Notes: generated by a model from the sequence alone, not told the origin. Shown: positions 40,785 to 55,284, counted from the stretch's first letter. The stretch: DNA of 64,000 nt from Vicugna vicugna (GCA_013265495.1 MU057521.1:1438335-1502334); one strand, 5' to 3'. Program-made: numbers and translations.

Positions 40785-40887
40785 GTGGAACCCCCGAGGA
40801 TCAGGTTGCCTCGACACCCCAGGGGCGCATGGTGCAGCCTGCACTCTGCGTGGGCTCGTCCGGGATCGAGGTGTCCGGGCCCCCTAA
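40785..40887 (+). repeat. Copy A of a ~100-bp local direct duplication (copy B at 42040-42143)
   Basis: aacccccgagg...ggggcgca..gcactc...ctcgtcc.ggatcgagg.gtccgggccccctaa is shared by both copies. Confidence 0.93.
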
Positions 40888-43066
40888 TGCTCTGATCACT
40901 GCATTTTCTAACATGAGCCAAAGATAGAAGGACAAAAATAATCATCACTGATTACAAATCTGAATTCTGACCTAAAACTTATGGATCAAGTATTGTGGCG
41001 AATTGATACTAAATAGTTTCTCATTGCCAAGCAAAATATAAAGATCAAGTTGCCTGGATCACATGGAAAAATCACCTGGAAGGAACACACGATATCCTGA
41101 TCTAGGCATTAGACTCATTATGGACCTGTGAATATCTAGCAAGATTAATATTACTATTGATTGCCTAAAGTATTTCACCTTATACTTCAGAAATGTGGGA
41201 ATGGGTGACACAGGGTAGAAGATTCCAGGGCAGTTGAGGCTGACAGCAAAAAGGGGCAAGGGCTGTAATAATAAAAGTCCTTACGAGGTTTTCTCCTGAT
41301 TGTAGTGATTTCTACATTGCACCCGAAGAATGCAAGGATATAGCAAATTACACAAAAGAATGGCTTTCATATATTTTGCCAATCTCAAGCGTGTTGAAAA
41401 CAATTGTCTGTCTCCTCGATTTACTCCTGAAACTGATTTAGGCTTCAGTTCAGCCTTTTACTGAATTACAAATTAGCTTCTTAGGGCATGAAGTTGTGAG
41501 GTAAAGAGGGCTCAGCATACACTCTTCCAACAGATGTCCAAATACTTTCAGTATGAGTTTTGGAACGAGCGTTTGTTTGTTTTTACTTAAATCCACTACA
41601 TAGCTGTAATAGGACTTCCTAATTTAAAACATCAAGGATTTTTTTTAAAACGTACCTTTTAAAAAATTAACCCTCAAAAGATCCAGCTGGGTTTTTAAAA
41701 TTTGGACTAAAATTAAAAAAAAAAAGCAACAAACAGATATTTTGGAGGTCTTCAAACCTTAACAATGTAACAAAACTTTGTTTAAATAGTTGAAAGCCTG
41801 TCAAGGTAGCAGCTTCAGTTCCTCGAGCCACAGAAAATTCGCACCGGCACAGGAATTCAAAATGTTAGCAACTGACACAGAAATGTTATGTAGCAAATAA
41901 AATAATTCCCCAGAGATGGTGGCTTTCGGGGGCTTTTGCTAACCGTCATGGAAATAATTTCCAAAGAGCGTTACAGACCAGAGGAAACCGTTGGGCTAGG
42001 GACGTCCACACCAGCGCGTCCCCCTTCGGCCCAGAGGCCGTGAAACCCCCGAGGGTCGGGTCGCCTCCGCGCCCCGGGGCGCACGGTACAGCCCGCACTC
42101 CGTGTGGGCACTCGTCCAGGATCGAGGCGTCCGGGCCCCCTAACCACAGTCACATCCCAGCCTCCCGACCCAGCTCGCGGATGCCCAGCAGAGCGAATCG
42201 ACACAACTGATCCCAGTAAGGTTGTGGTGGGAATTATCCTGTTACTGACTTCCCAGATAGCCGACTGGGCTGTGGAGTGAAGGAGCTCGGGTGAGCGCCC
42301 TCCCTCCAGAGGAAGCCCTGTTCCTGGAACGCGCACCATGCGGCCGCGAAGGGAACCTGGCGGCGCGGTGGGGCGACGGCCCACGCGAGGAGTTGTCAAA
42401 AGCCGGGCTCGGGCCCTTGGGAAAGGTTCAGTTCCCCGCTTCCCTCCTCACACGCGGGTCTCGCACGCTCCTCGCCGCGCTCTGGTGCACCTAGCCTCCG
42501 CCGCACAGTCCCACCAAGTCCTCCACCCCACCACCCCAACCCTCAAGGGACCACCACACATTAGGACCGAGCGGAAGCCGCAGAGAGGGAAGGCAGCTGG
42601 ATAGCAGTTGGGCGTGGCTTCTTGGAGAGAGGCGGGTCCCGGGGGCGGGGAGTTCTACGTAATCATCGGCTGGGGCTGCTGATTGGCTGAAGTGCCTGCT
42701 TGGAGCCCGCAAGTGTCTCCGCCCGGCCCAGCCGCTCCTCCTCCTAGTCGCTCGGTCCGCACCGGCTCGCGGGGGAACCGCTCAGACGCAGCCGCTTCAA
42801 CCCAGTGCGGACGACAGGAGAGAGGGAGGTGGAAGGAGGACACGCTTGGTCGCTTGCTCCCACCAGCACCTGGGCTACCAGAGCCGGCGCTGAGCCCAGG
42901 GGGAGGAGCCGCCGCTGGCACGCCCCGCCTCCGGCCCGGGAAGACGACGCCAGCTACCCCGCCGACCGGCCGCCGCCCCCCTCGCCGGCCGAGACCCGCC
43001 CCTGGCCCGGGCCCTCCCCCAGCGGCAGGCAGGGGCCCTGCTCCTGACGGCCGCGCCGCCACTCCG

Positions 43067-43256
43067 NNNNNNNNNNNNNNNNNNNNNNNNNNNNNNNNNN
43101 NNNNNNNNNNNNNNNNNNNNNNNNNNNNNNNNNNNNNNNNNNNNNNNNNNNNNNNNNNNNNNNNNNNNNNNNNNNNNNNNNNNNNNNNNNNNNNNNNNNN
43201 NNNNNNNNNNNNNNNNNNNNNNNNNNNNNNNNNNNNNNNNNNNNNNNNNNNNNNNN
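43067..43256. other. Assembly gap (190 N) in GC-rich exon 1
   Basis: Run of N seen directly. Confidence 1.
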
Positions 43257-44404
<1,148 letters not shown>

Positions 44405-46169
44405 TAAGCGCTGGGGGAGCCTGTGTGTTGGCGCCGGGCTGAACCCTCCCTGTCTTGCCGTCTGGCGCGCTGGTCACACGTTTTATAGCTCTGTGTTACC
44501 CTGGGTGAGATGTCCTAAAGGTGCGCTCCCGGCGTGTTGCCCTGTCTTTGACACAAAGGGACGCTTTTTGCTCAGTGTACGCCCGAGTTAAAAGGGGTCG
44601 TAGAGTTTTCTGATTCCTGCTAAGAGAACTTCATGTTCTCAGAAAAAAATCAGATGTGAAGAGCCGCGAAATGACTCACTAGAGAAGTAGTAGCGCAGGT
44701 TGTCTGGGTAAAGAAAGCTCTCCTAGGGCCGGTTGGGTATGCCCTTTACCTCTGACATGTCCTGCTTTCTACGGGCTTGAGTCGTGCCTACAGATTTGGG
44801 TCCAGAGATGTTTGTTGGGCCACTACTGTAAGCATAAATGTTTTCTAAAAAATTAAGCACCAAAATGTAGACGAGAATTCAGATGAGTTACTTGTCGCAA
44901 GCATTAAAGAAAGATTTTATATAGCCACGAAAGCAATTTGATAATAACCGAGGCCAAATATAAAGTCTTTGAGTGTGGTAGTTTAATGGAGTAGTAGCTT
45001 TCATTTAGAGTTAAAACTACAGTTTTTTCGTGGCTCACGATTACTTAAGAGGTATTAATTAATTTGAATGCTATGCTTTTTCAGTTTAGGTGATCTTCAC
45101 CATGATATATTGGAAAGCGGGATTTTTTTCACTCCTTGCCTGAGAGTTAATTAATCTTATATAACTTCTATCATTCAATACCTTGGAACTGAAACTGGGC
45201 ATTGCATTTCTCTAATGGTGGTGTGGACTCAGTACCCATAGAATCAAAGGACTTTGGGGGCTGGAAGGGATTTAGGGATAATCTAGGCTGAGCTCCTCCT
45301 TCTGAAAATGAATCTTCGGTGAAATGACTAACTCACGTTTTAGGACATATTTTATCACATGTAGTAAGGCTAGAACCTAGAGTTTTCTTCGTGAGTTTGA
45401 AATATTATCTTCCAGTATCTATTTACTACTAGCATGCAACTGTATGGTAAAACTGATGGTAAAAAACCCTTGCCACTCTTCAGCCTACTCACTAAAATAA
45501 TTCCAAAAAATCTGATGTGCCACTGCTATTAGAGAAGAAAGCCTGAACTCGGGAGAAATACGTATTTCTTTTTAATTTCTTGTATATATTGTAAAGATAA
45601 CCTTAGATTGTAGATGAAAATATTCCACAGTGGAGCAGTTTATGTAATTTCTATTATTAATTAATAGGTTGGAATACCTATTCCTACAGGGATAACCGAT
45701 TTCTGATTTTAACTGCTAGGAGTCTTTTTTTTTTCCTTTAAATTTTGCTTGTAATGCGAGTGTTGGAAGGTGACTAGACGAAGGGGAGAGGTGCATGCAA
45801 ACCACAGTAACGAGATTTTTATCTTGACCGCAGTGTGTGGCCTTGTCTGGCAGCCGGTGAGTGCTGAGAAGAGTGGACAGAGTGAGACTGGGCATCCTGC
45901 CATTAATTTCAGCACATCATTACTTCTCAGGCAGTGTGCCCTGTGCTGTGGCCCATCAGCTGAAGTGGGAGAATAAATCTTAGGGGATACACGTACTACT
46001 GGGGATGCTGAAGGCTATTTCTAGACACTTGTGGGTGTGATGAACTTTTTTCTCCAGGAGTTGTTTGGGGTTACCGTAACACATCATTTACGTTTCATTG
46101 AACTGTTAGTACCCCGCACTTTCTTCTTGTTAGCGTGCAATCCAGGGCCCTCAGCTGTGGCTTGTTCTG

Positions 46170-46650
46170 GCCTTGACGTTTCCGCGGATGTTGCTGCTCC
46201 CAGGCTGTCACTCTCGAGGCGGCTGGTGGGCTGGATTGATTTTAATCCCAGTTCGCTGCCCTCCAGCGCAACTGTCCCGCGAGGGAGCGCCCACCTCGGA
46301 GTTTGCAGGGAGGCGCCGGAGCGCGTGGGAGGGCCCCGCGGTGACGCGCCGCGGCGGACCCGCACCGCGCGGACCGGCAGACGGCGATTTGGGGGCCCGG
46401 CCTGCGGGGCTCCTCCCCTCCCCCGCCCCGCAAGATGGCGGCGGCGCGCTGCCCACGTGACTGGCGCGTTGGTCCCGCCCCCGGGAGGGCGGTCTGAGTT
46501 CCGGCCGCGCCGCGCTGGGGGTTCCCCTCGGCCTCTGGGCGAGGCGGGCGCGCGGCACCCGCGTGGAGAGCCTTGCGGGCGGCGTACTCTGGGGATGGCA
46601 AAAGGAAATTCGTGCGGCAGCCTTTTATTGCACCGGAAGTGACCTTTTAG
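46170..46650. promoter_or_regulatory. Second, intronic CpG island with promoter-type motifs
   Basis: CpG-dense. YY1 CAAGATGGCGGC (46431-46442), E-box CACGTGAC (46454-46461), CCCGCCCC GC boxes, ETS ACCGGAAGTG (46632-46641). Confidence 0.75.
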
Positions 46651-48839
46651 ACACATACATGTAACTTTTTAATTGCTTGAAAATACTTCTATTTCTTAAC
46701 TGCTGTCTATAAGTGGATGGAGCAGAACTAGTAATTGTGTTTTAATTTACTCTTACAATAAAAGTATACTAATACTAACCCAGAATAGTGTTCCTGGCTT
46801 TTTCAAGACTTGTACTCAATACATAATATGTAGCAGCTTCTCTGTAAACAAAAATTTTTTAAAACTAACAAAGTTTACAGGTAGAACTTGTGCTTTAAAG
46901 TGAATTTTATACCGATTATAAGCTTTCAAACTGCCTAGGCCCAGCAACTGTTTACAGACAGCGTGGTTACAGTGTTAATAGTTGAAGTGACAAGTCCTCG
47001 GATTTACCACTAGAGTATAGTAACTAGGTCATTTTAGAAAAATGGAGACGATTTTAAAAGTGGCATTCTTTTAGTTTTCCTACATGAGTTGAATGATCTT
47101 AGAGTAAATGTTACATTGAATTACAACTGAAATGTCGGCATTGCTTTTAGACTTGTGCATAAAGTTCATGTGCTTCACAGCTGCAGTGGACTGCCGGTCA
47201 CCTTGGCAAAATTCAGCAAACAGCCCAGTGGGCAGCAGTGAAAATACACATTAACAGTGTCCTAGGACCTTTGTGATTCTGTGTTAATAAAGTTGTGGAC
47301 TGCGTATATATCATAGCTGGAAAAAGTTTTTAAAAATGGGGGCCCCATATTATTAGGAATACAAACTGTGAATGATGTATTAACAGTAGCAACAAAAAAC
47401 TAATGTATTAGTTTTCAGTTAAATATTTAATGATTTACTATTTTTAAAAGATGCTAGTTTTGTGGCTGTTACATTGAAAAGATGAAAAAGACAGCTAAGC
47501 TTCCTATCTTTGCATACTTAGAGACACTTTATGAAAATGGATATTCTGGTTTTGGAGATTTAGCCCCCAGTTAGCAACACAAAGGTAAAAAAAAGGCATA
47601 AAACGGATGTCCTGTGGTAATAGTGGTTAGTGGTTAATGTCGTTGGTATGGCCACATTTCTTTGGAGATTGTTTTCAGTATCCTCAAAACTTAGTTGCTT
47701 GGCAGATAGTACTAATGTTTGAATTAAAAACAGCAACTGGGAAGTTTTGATAGTATTAGTATAGTAGATAGTACTTATTTAGTGTTATTTGGACTCACAA
47801 AAATTAAGTGACCATGGGCCCTTTACTTAAAAAAAAATGAAGGTACTAAAGAAGACAACTTTGCAAAATTGTTACTTTCTCATAGAATAGGTTAATTAAC
47901 TATATTGTGTTTGACAGACCAAGTATCTCAACTCATTTTAATAAAACAGATCATGTATTGGTAGTGTTGGGGCCTAAAGAAGCAAACTCTTTTCAGAAGT
48001 CTTAGCATAAATGCTCTTATTATAAGATAATGTGTATGTGGCAACTGGAATCCTAGTGAGAGCCGTGACTTGAAAATGAGAGAGAAGGTTAGTGATCAGG
48101 ATTTCAGTTGTTAGTGTATTAGGCACTAAAAAGATGCTTTCTGAAAATGACTTTTAAAAAGAACAACTGTAATACTCACAGTAATAAATATCTTTATTTA
48201 ATTTGTTGTCCACTGCTGGGAGATTTTATAGTTAATAGTATCCCTGGAGCAGTGGGCGCTGTCTGAGGCTTTCCTCACTCCTACTGGAGGAATAATAGCA
48301 GTACTTATGTTAGGTTGTGAGGATTAAATGAACGAGTACTTGTAGAACGATGTCTGATACATGATCTTCGATAAATGTTAGCAGTTTTCCATACAGGTGA
48401 AGCCTTGTTTGAAAGGTGGTAGAGGAGTGGATATAGCATCTCACAAATTGAGAGCAGGGAGCAGAACTAGCCATGATCTTTATGGGAAATTTTAAGTTGG
48501 TTTGGCTACAGCAAAAATATAAGCAGTTCAGTTAATAAATGCCTTTTAGAAGAGGCTTTTAGAAGATCACAGTTAAGCAATGATTATTTTAGTAGCAATG
48601 GGAGCTATTGGGCATCATCCCCCAGTTACTTACATTTTTTCTGTGCAGTGGTTTTCTCAGGTAAGAACTCAGGGGGAGTCTCACTTATACCATAAGCTAA
48701 TATACTATTAACTACTTTTCTGCAAATTAACTAATGTAATATGTATCCCCTTTAAAAAAAATTACTTTTTGTGGTTGTTTTGTGGGATAGGGGACAGGAA
48801 CTGTGCTATAAAGGCTTTCAAAGACTTTGAAGAATTTAG

Positions 48840-48995
48840 CAGAGCCCTAGACTTGAAGGCTTAAATTCCAGCTCTGCCACTTGCTTTGTGATATTAACCA
48901 GGCCACTTAAATCCCTGAGCCTCAGTCTTATCTGTAAAATGGGGATAACTTCTTTTTAAGGTAATGATGATTTAGTTAATGAGATAAGATGCAAA
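48840..48995 (+). mobile_element. MIR SINE
   Basis: ccagctctgccactt...cacttaaatccctgagcctcagtcttatctgtaaaatggggataa. Confidence 0.8.
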
Positions 48996-51900
48996 ATAAT
49001 TTATATAGTGTTTTGAGCACAAATTCTCTGTTGAGAGTGTTCAGTGCATTTTTATTCTCCACTAAGATGCAACCATTCACATTGTTAGATCAATTGTTTT
49101 CAAGACTAGGTTTTCTTTTTTAACTTAATAAAAGTCCATATGGTATATAGTATTTTCTATATTGTTCTCTACTGCCATACTTGTAAATTGATTGGTATTT
49201 AGGAAGGACAGATAATTAAGCTGGTGTTTGAGACACATTTATTTGGGGCAATTTTTTTGTTCTTGCACTGTAAAGATCTGATATGCTACAGATGAAATAA
49301 GCCCAAAGAAAGCATTTCTCTGGGTTACATATCATTAAAATATATATTTTCCTATATTGGATTTGGGAATGGGAATGGAGAAAATATTTCGAATTTTGGT
49401 TATCCTGAACTCCCACACAACCATAATGTACTTAAAATCTTCGTCACAGTTAGCTAGGAAACTAGTCTGTAATTTAAAGATATTTTGTTAAGTTACGTAG
49501 TTTTTCATTAGTTCAGCGCACAAACTGGAATCCATGGATAATTAAAACATTTTTATACCTTTTTATAGAAGCTTTTAAATTGGCTGACTTTGAAGTTATT
49601 TAATATTTTTGTTCTTCCTTGAGAAATATTAAGCTTAAAATTTTTTTTAATAAGAGAAGCAAAGTAAAAAGCCTGCACTACCCTTTAAGCAGACTGAGCT
49701 TCACTTGTATCAACTCTACTTTGCATTATGGAGGACGGTGTTGTAACAGGGCTCCTTTTCCTCACGGAGAATGCTTTGTCACGTGGGCTCCTTCATCCAG
49801 TCTGCGTAAACAGCCACTCTGGAAGGGATGTGCCTAATCGGGTGTTTATGTTACAGGTGACAGAGCTGCTGGGCGCTTAGTAGTCCGTTTCCTTCTGTTC
49901 CTTTGCTCCAGAGAACATTTGGCTTTAATTCTCTTCTCAATGTCTTAGCTCATTAGACGTGTTTAATGCTCATTCAAGAAATAATTTATTTGAGGTCAGA
50001 TGTAGGTTTTGAAGAGGTCACTTTGGCAAGTCACTTCGTCTTTTCAAGTATCAGACTGCTCAGTGTAGAATAAGGATGTCATCACCATTTATTACGTAGA
50101 ACTGCTGTGAAGATGAACCTGATCATGTACGTGAAAATGCTTGGTAAACATAAGTGAGGTAGGTCAACCGCTCTGTCTGTTGATCCAGGAGTGGATGGAT
50201 AGCACAATTCGGTTGCAGTGGATGAAGAGAAATACAGAAGTCTGAAGAGATAATAGGGGTTGGGTTACAGAGGGTCTTGAAGGTCAGATGAAAGAAACAG
50301 GTTGCAGACAGATTGCAGTGGCAACCAGTGAAAATTTGTGTATGGTCTTCCTGTCATGTTCACTGTCATTTAAATTAATATCTGAAAAGAATGTATCACT
50401 GATCACACACACACAAAATCTTCCAGACTCATCCAGTTCTCTCAGTGGTACCATTACATTTCTAGTCACTCTGATTTGCTTGATAACCTTAATCCTCTCC
50501 TCCCCTCATATCCTAAATTCACCTTTCCTCATCCTTGCTGACACCATTCTCTTCTGGGACTTGATTTCTGTTTGCCGTGCTTTAAGCCCTCCCTTGGACA
50601 CCACTGCCAGATACATCTTCCTAAAGCAGTACTTAATTGTATCAATCATATTTTCTTGCAGTGACTGATGGAAGCTCGTCTCTAATAGGTCTTTAGACTT
50701 ATTCTCTTTCCTCTGGTCTGTCTTCTCACATCCTGTCATTCATTCATGGCTGGTTCATGCCCTCACCTCTTGCATGATTTTCTTTGAAATTGTCCCTGTG
50801 GTGGTCTTCTCCCAAGATTCTTTGCTGCCTCTGCATTCGAGTAGTGTGTATATTCTGTGTAACAGTTTTGGAACTTAAGCTATAATTCTTTTTTCTGTTT
50901 TTTTTTTAAATTTTTATTTTGAATTGTTTTTAACTTATACAGTTGACCTTCTCTCCTGGATTTTAAGTTCCCCAAAGGCTCGGGGATCATATCTCATTTT
51001 TTTTTTGTCTGTGTTGCATATATCATAATTGCGCAGTCAAAATTTCCTATGCTTAGGGTATTTCAAATATAGCTCTGAAGAATACCATTTTGATGAGCTG
51101 CTGTAAGGCAAAGTACATCAGGCAGTGATTTTTTTTTTGGTCTTGTGTGAATTATCAGCTACTTTATAAGGATATTTGCAGCCATGTAGTATAGGCACAA
51201 TTGTTTTGGAAATAATAGACAGAGTTGTTTCTTTAGGTAAAAAGCATGGAACGGTATGGATTTGAACTGAAGCCTCAGTGAGTGAATGATGACTGGTTAT
51301 GCATACTAATTATTCTTTCAAAATCAGACCGTGTGTACTCTACTCTGTAAATTAAGCTTTGGTGTGTGTCGGGGTACACGTTGCTGCAAACCTATGGGTG
51401 ATGTTTTGATGGGATGGAAAAGTCACAAACCACAAACTGCCTTCTTTTGTTTGGGTAGTTGTAGTTATTGTTGTCTAGTGTAGATCTCCAGTCTGTGATT
51501 TGCTTGAGGGGTGGCAGGAGTCAGGTGCACAACTGAGACGGTACCTTGCTTAGGGTCAGAAAGTTAAAAACTTTGGTCACTGAAATGAGCAGTTTATAAT
51601 CTAAAAGAGTTGCAGAGTTTTTATGTTTCTTGTTTGGAATGTCTAAATTGGGATAGTTAAGAAACGTAATGTTCCTGCAGTACAATTGATTTTTGTTTTG
51701 GATATCAGATGATTGAAATTCACTAGTGTTCCTGGAAGGAACAACATGGTCGCATGTGAACCAAAATGCTGTGGTGTTTGGAGAAGACTTCCTCAAGAAA
51801 GAGTTCCTTACAGAGAAGCTGCCCGATGGGAGGGTGATGTTAAGTGGTCTTGTTAGTTTGGGGAAGGTGCCTTTTCTACTAGATGACATTAAACACAAGT

Positions 51901-53549
51901 CCTAATGCAATGTTTCCCAGCACTAATACTTACAACCTATAAATCACTTGCTGTCAAGGATCCTTCATAAGCTATAGTTTCTATGTGGTTCTAGGAACAT
52001 TTCTGCGCTGGGGGTGAAGGCTGTGGGCCTGCTGCAGGAGCCAGAAGTCCCTGCAGTGCTGTTGCCTGTCGGGCTCACCTGTGACCAAGACCTTTGGTGT
52101 CCCCTGCTCTCATCTCCTGTGGGGTGGGCTGTGTAGGAGAGGGCAGTTCGATCATATGTGGGCTGAGGAAGAGAGACACCACCTCGCTAGATCCTCCTAT
52201 ATTCATGCTCGTGGGTGTGTTCTCCCCTCACCCAGAAACATTCTGGCAAAGTGGGGATTTAAAAATCTAGAGGCTGCTGGCCCAGGGATGCAGCAGTCAG
52301 GGTAAGAGAAGAGATCTTTTCCCTTCTATGAGAGGAGAGCCGAAGGTTCATAATGGAAACACAGATGCTGGTGCTAAGGAGGGGTCCCAGCTTTGGTCTA
52401 GTCTGGGAGGCCATTATCACTCCCTCTCCCCGCATTCTATACTGTAGTTTTGTGCTCCAGTACACTTATATTTTTTTACCAGTCCATCTGTCAACTACAC
52501 ATGGCGCTACTGAGGTTCAAAGAGCAGAAACACAAAGGGAGTTTCATGGGGAAAAAACATCCCATCCAGTTCTTGGGTAAAAACTGCTGCCCTCACTTCT
52601 CTTTCATCTTCTACCTCCCCTCTACCCCCCCCACCCCGTCCCCTCGTCCCCTCGTCCCAGTAGGCTTTCATTTCAGCATTCTTCTGCTAGGTCTTCCCTG
52701 ATTGTGCATCCAATGACATCAACAATTTTAATTTTTTTATTTGTAATAAATCCAGTGTTCCCTAAAATACACTAAATATTATAGTCAATCAAGTCTTTGA
52801 CTCCCATCTTGTCCTGTCTGCTCAGTTCCAGCCTACCCCTGCTCTGCACAGATAACCACAGTTCACAGATGTCATGTTAAGAGGAACTTGGCAGAGCCAG
52901 CTCTGGTCTGTGGGCTGGGATGGCAGAGTGTGTACACGGATTCAGTAAATTGTTTAGCCCCCCACCCCATTCAATAGCTAGAGTGCATTTACCAACGCTT
53001 TAAGATAGGATTTCCCTGACTCGCCTTACCGAATCACCTTATACAGTACACATTTCTAGTTAAACTAAGCAGTAAATTACACAGGAAGTGAGTTCATCAC
53101 GGTCAGAGCAGAAATCCATGGCATGCTGTTTCTGAGCTGCTGATGTGTTGGTCTCCCTCCTTTCTGCACTGTTGGGTCAGTTTTGTTGTTTGCAGCATAG
53201 CTTTAATACATTTACCATCTATGTTTCTTCTCACACTAGAACTTGCCTTAATCAGATGCTATAGGTAGATTCAAGGCTTTTGCTTTCAGTTATGTTATGC
53301 TTTTCATTGAGTAAAGATGAGATAAATGCCTGCCTTTCTACCACATCCTCTCAAAGAGACAGTTAATTCTTAAGCTCTCAGCTTCTTCCCTCCTCTTCCA
53401 CCAAATTAGATGAAATTTGACATCTCAGTAATGTTTCTAATAATGAATCGTTTTCTGACATTCAAAAGCAAGACTTTCTATGAATCTTTCTTAAATAGTA
53501 GCGTATGCCTTAGGTGCAACCCTGGTTATTTAAAGAAGATAATTTAAAA

Positions 53550-53945
53550 TCTTTAACTGTAATAAGTTACCCACAAATTTAGTAGCTTAAAGCAGCAACC
53601 ATTTATTGTTATTTCTCATAGTTCTGTGGGCGAGGAATTTAGATGGGTAACTAACAGTGAGGGCGACTTGTCTCTGCTCCAGTATGTCTGGAGGCATGGC
53701 TGGGGACTAGAGGCCCTCTCTCCCTCCTCCTCTCTTTGTATGGTCTGTCTCTCTCAGCAGCCTTAGGGGATTGCACTTTTGTGCTGGCTCAGAACTCCAG
53801 GGTTTCTTATGACCTACCCTGCAGCAGTCCCAGAACATCCCTTCCATCCCATTCTTCTGGTCAGGCAAGTCTCTAAAGCCAGCCCAGATCCATTGGTTGG
53901 GGGATTAGATTCACCTTTCATCGCAGTATTTTGGCTATCTTTAAC
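53550..53945 (-). mobile_element. MLT1-type MaLR LTR (old)
   Basis: aaatttagtagcttaaagcagcaaccatttattg...tctcatagttctgtggg...aagccagcccagatcc. Confidence 0.7.
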
Positions 53946-55056
53946 GCAAAACCTTAATAGGATGTTGTTGTTATATTCTAATGTTGAATTGTAAGTCTCA
54001 TTTGATGAATGTAAAAACTCCTGAGGAAGTTAGTAAATTTAGTTTAAAAAAAAACCCTATAACTCTTAATTTTCACTTTTTTTTTAAGAGGGAATGTCTT
54101 GGTATTTTAAAATTTACAATCTGCCTCAAAGGACTAGAGGAAACATGTGGAACATTGGTAGATGAGCTAAAATAAACTCCATCTACAAGTTGACCCTTGT
54201 TAAGGTAAAATGAAGCCACTGTGATCTTTGTTCTCATGATACGTTTTCAGAGAAGAGTCTTTTTCGGATTGTCCAGCCACTTGACTATTTCATGAACTTG
54301 CCCCACATTTAAGAGATCTACATATGTCAAAGTAAAGTCTGAGCAGTCTCTAGAATGGATGAGGTATATTACATGACACATGGATCTGAGCTAACCAGGA
54401 GCATGCCATACATAGGTCAGAAAAGGCTTGACGTACTCACGTGAGTTACCGAAAGGAGAAGGGCGCACACATACTAGTGTTTTTTGTTCTTGTGCACATT
54501 TTTGCCGGCTTAGAATTTTTAAACTTCATCTTCTTAATCCAAGCAGAGAAGAATTTGCCACTTTTCATTTAGTCTTCACACTTTCATCTAACTAGTCTTT
54601 GTAAAATGAATTCCGGCATGTCATCTGTATTGCATTTGCATGGAAATCTGAACTTCATAGAGCAAGTGGGCATAATTCCTTCCTGTACGATTCCGTTAAA
54701 CCACTTTTCAGATTTTATGGCACGTTCCCCTACGCAGAGTAAAGCACACGTGACAGGTAGAGGGAGATGACCGGGCTGACTGCCGTTCACTGTTGGGACT
54801 GGTAAACACTGTGATCCTGATCGAAAGTTCAGTAGGCATTAGGTTAAATTTTTGTTAAATTAATAAATTAAAATTTTATAGTTTCTAAACTTAAATGATT
54901 TTAGCACATTGATTCACGGGGAGAAAACTTAATTAGTAGTTATTTCATGGGTTAATGAACTTAGGTCCTTGAATAGAAACTTAAATTACATTTTTCTGCC
55001 TACAATATTAAACCAGGAGGCTTTTTACTTGACAGTTAAATTGTGTTCTTAAACTG

Positions 55057-55193
55057 TTTTTTTCTTTTTTTTTTTTTTTGAGGCGGGGGTAAACAAATTT
55101 TATTTTTTTATTTTTAGAGGAGGTACTGGGGGGTTGAACCCAGGACCTTGTGCATGCTAAGCGTGTGCTCTACCACTTGAGCGATACCCTCCC
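55057..55193 (-). mobile_element. tRNA-derived camelid SINE (Vic-1 type)
   Basis: Reverse complement reads GGGAGGGTATCGCTCAAGTGGTAGAGCACACGCTTAGCATGCACAAGGTCCTGGGTTCAACCCCCCAGTACCTCC, with A and B boxes, followed by an A-rich tail. Confidence 0.85.
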
Positions 55194-55284
55194 ACCTCAG
55201 ACATTAAAAATGTGATTTTGATTGGAAAGCAAACGACTTTTTCACAGTTGCTTCAATATAATTTTATGGAGACAGCATGATAAA

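Noticed and set aside
46031..46656. 203-aa (+) and 190-aa (-) ORFs in the intronic island
   Set aside because: Arg/Gly/Pro-rich by-products of GC content, with no domain signal.
51690..51870. Possible cryptic exon after a T-rich ...ATATCAG acceptor-like site in intron 1
   Set aside because: No convincing donor and no similarity to the ZCCHC2 protein. Exon 1 already joins exon 2 in phase.
55100..55193. tRNA gene
   Set aside because: The A/B boxes are followed by a SINE body and A-rich tail, so this is a tRNA-derived SINE.
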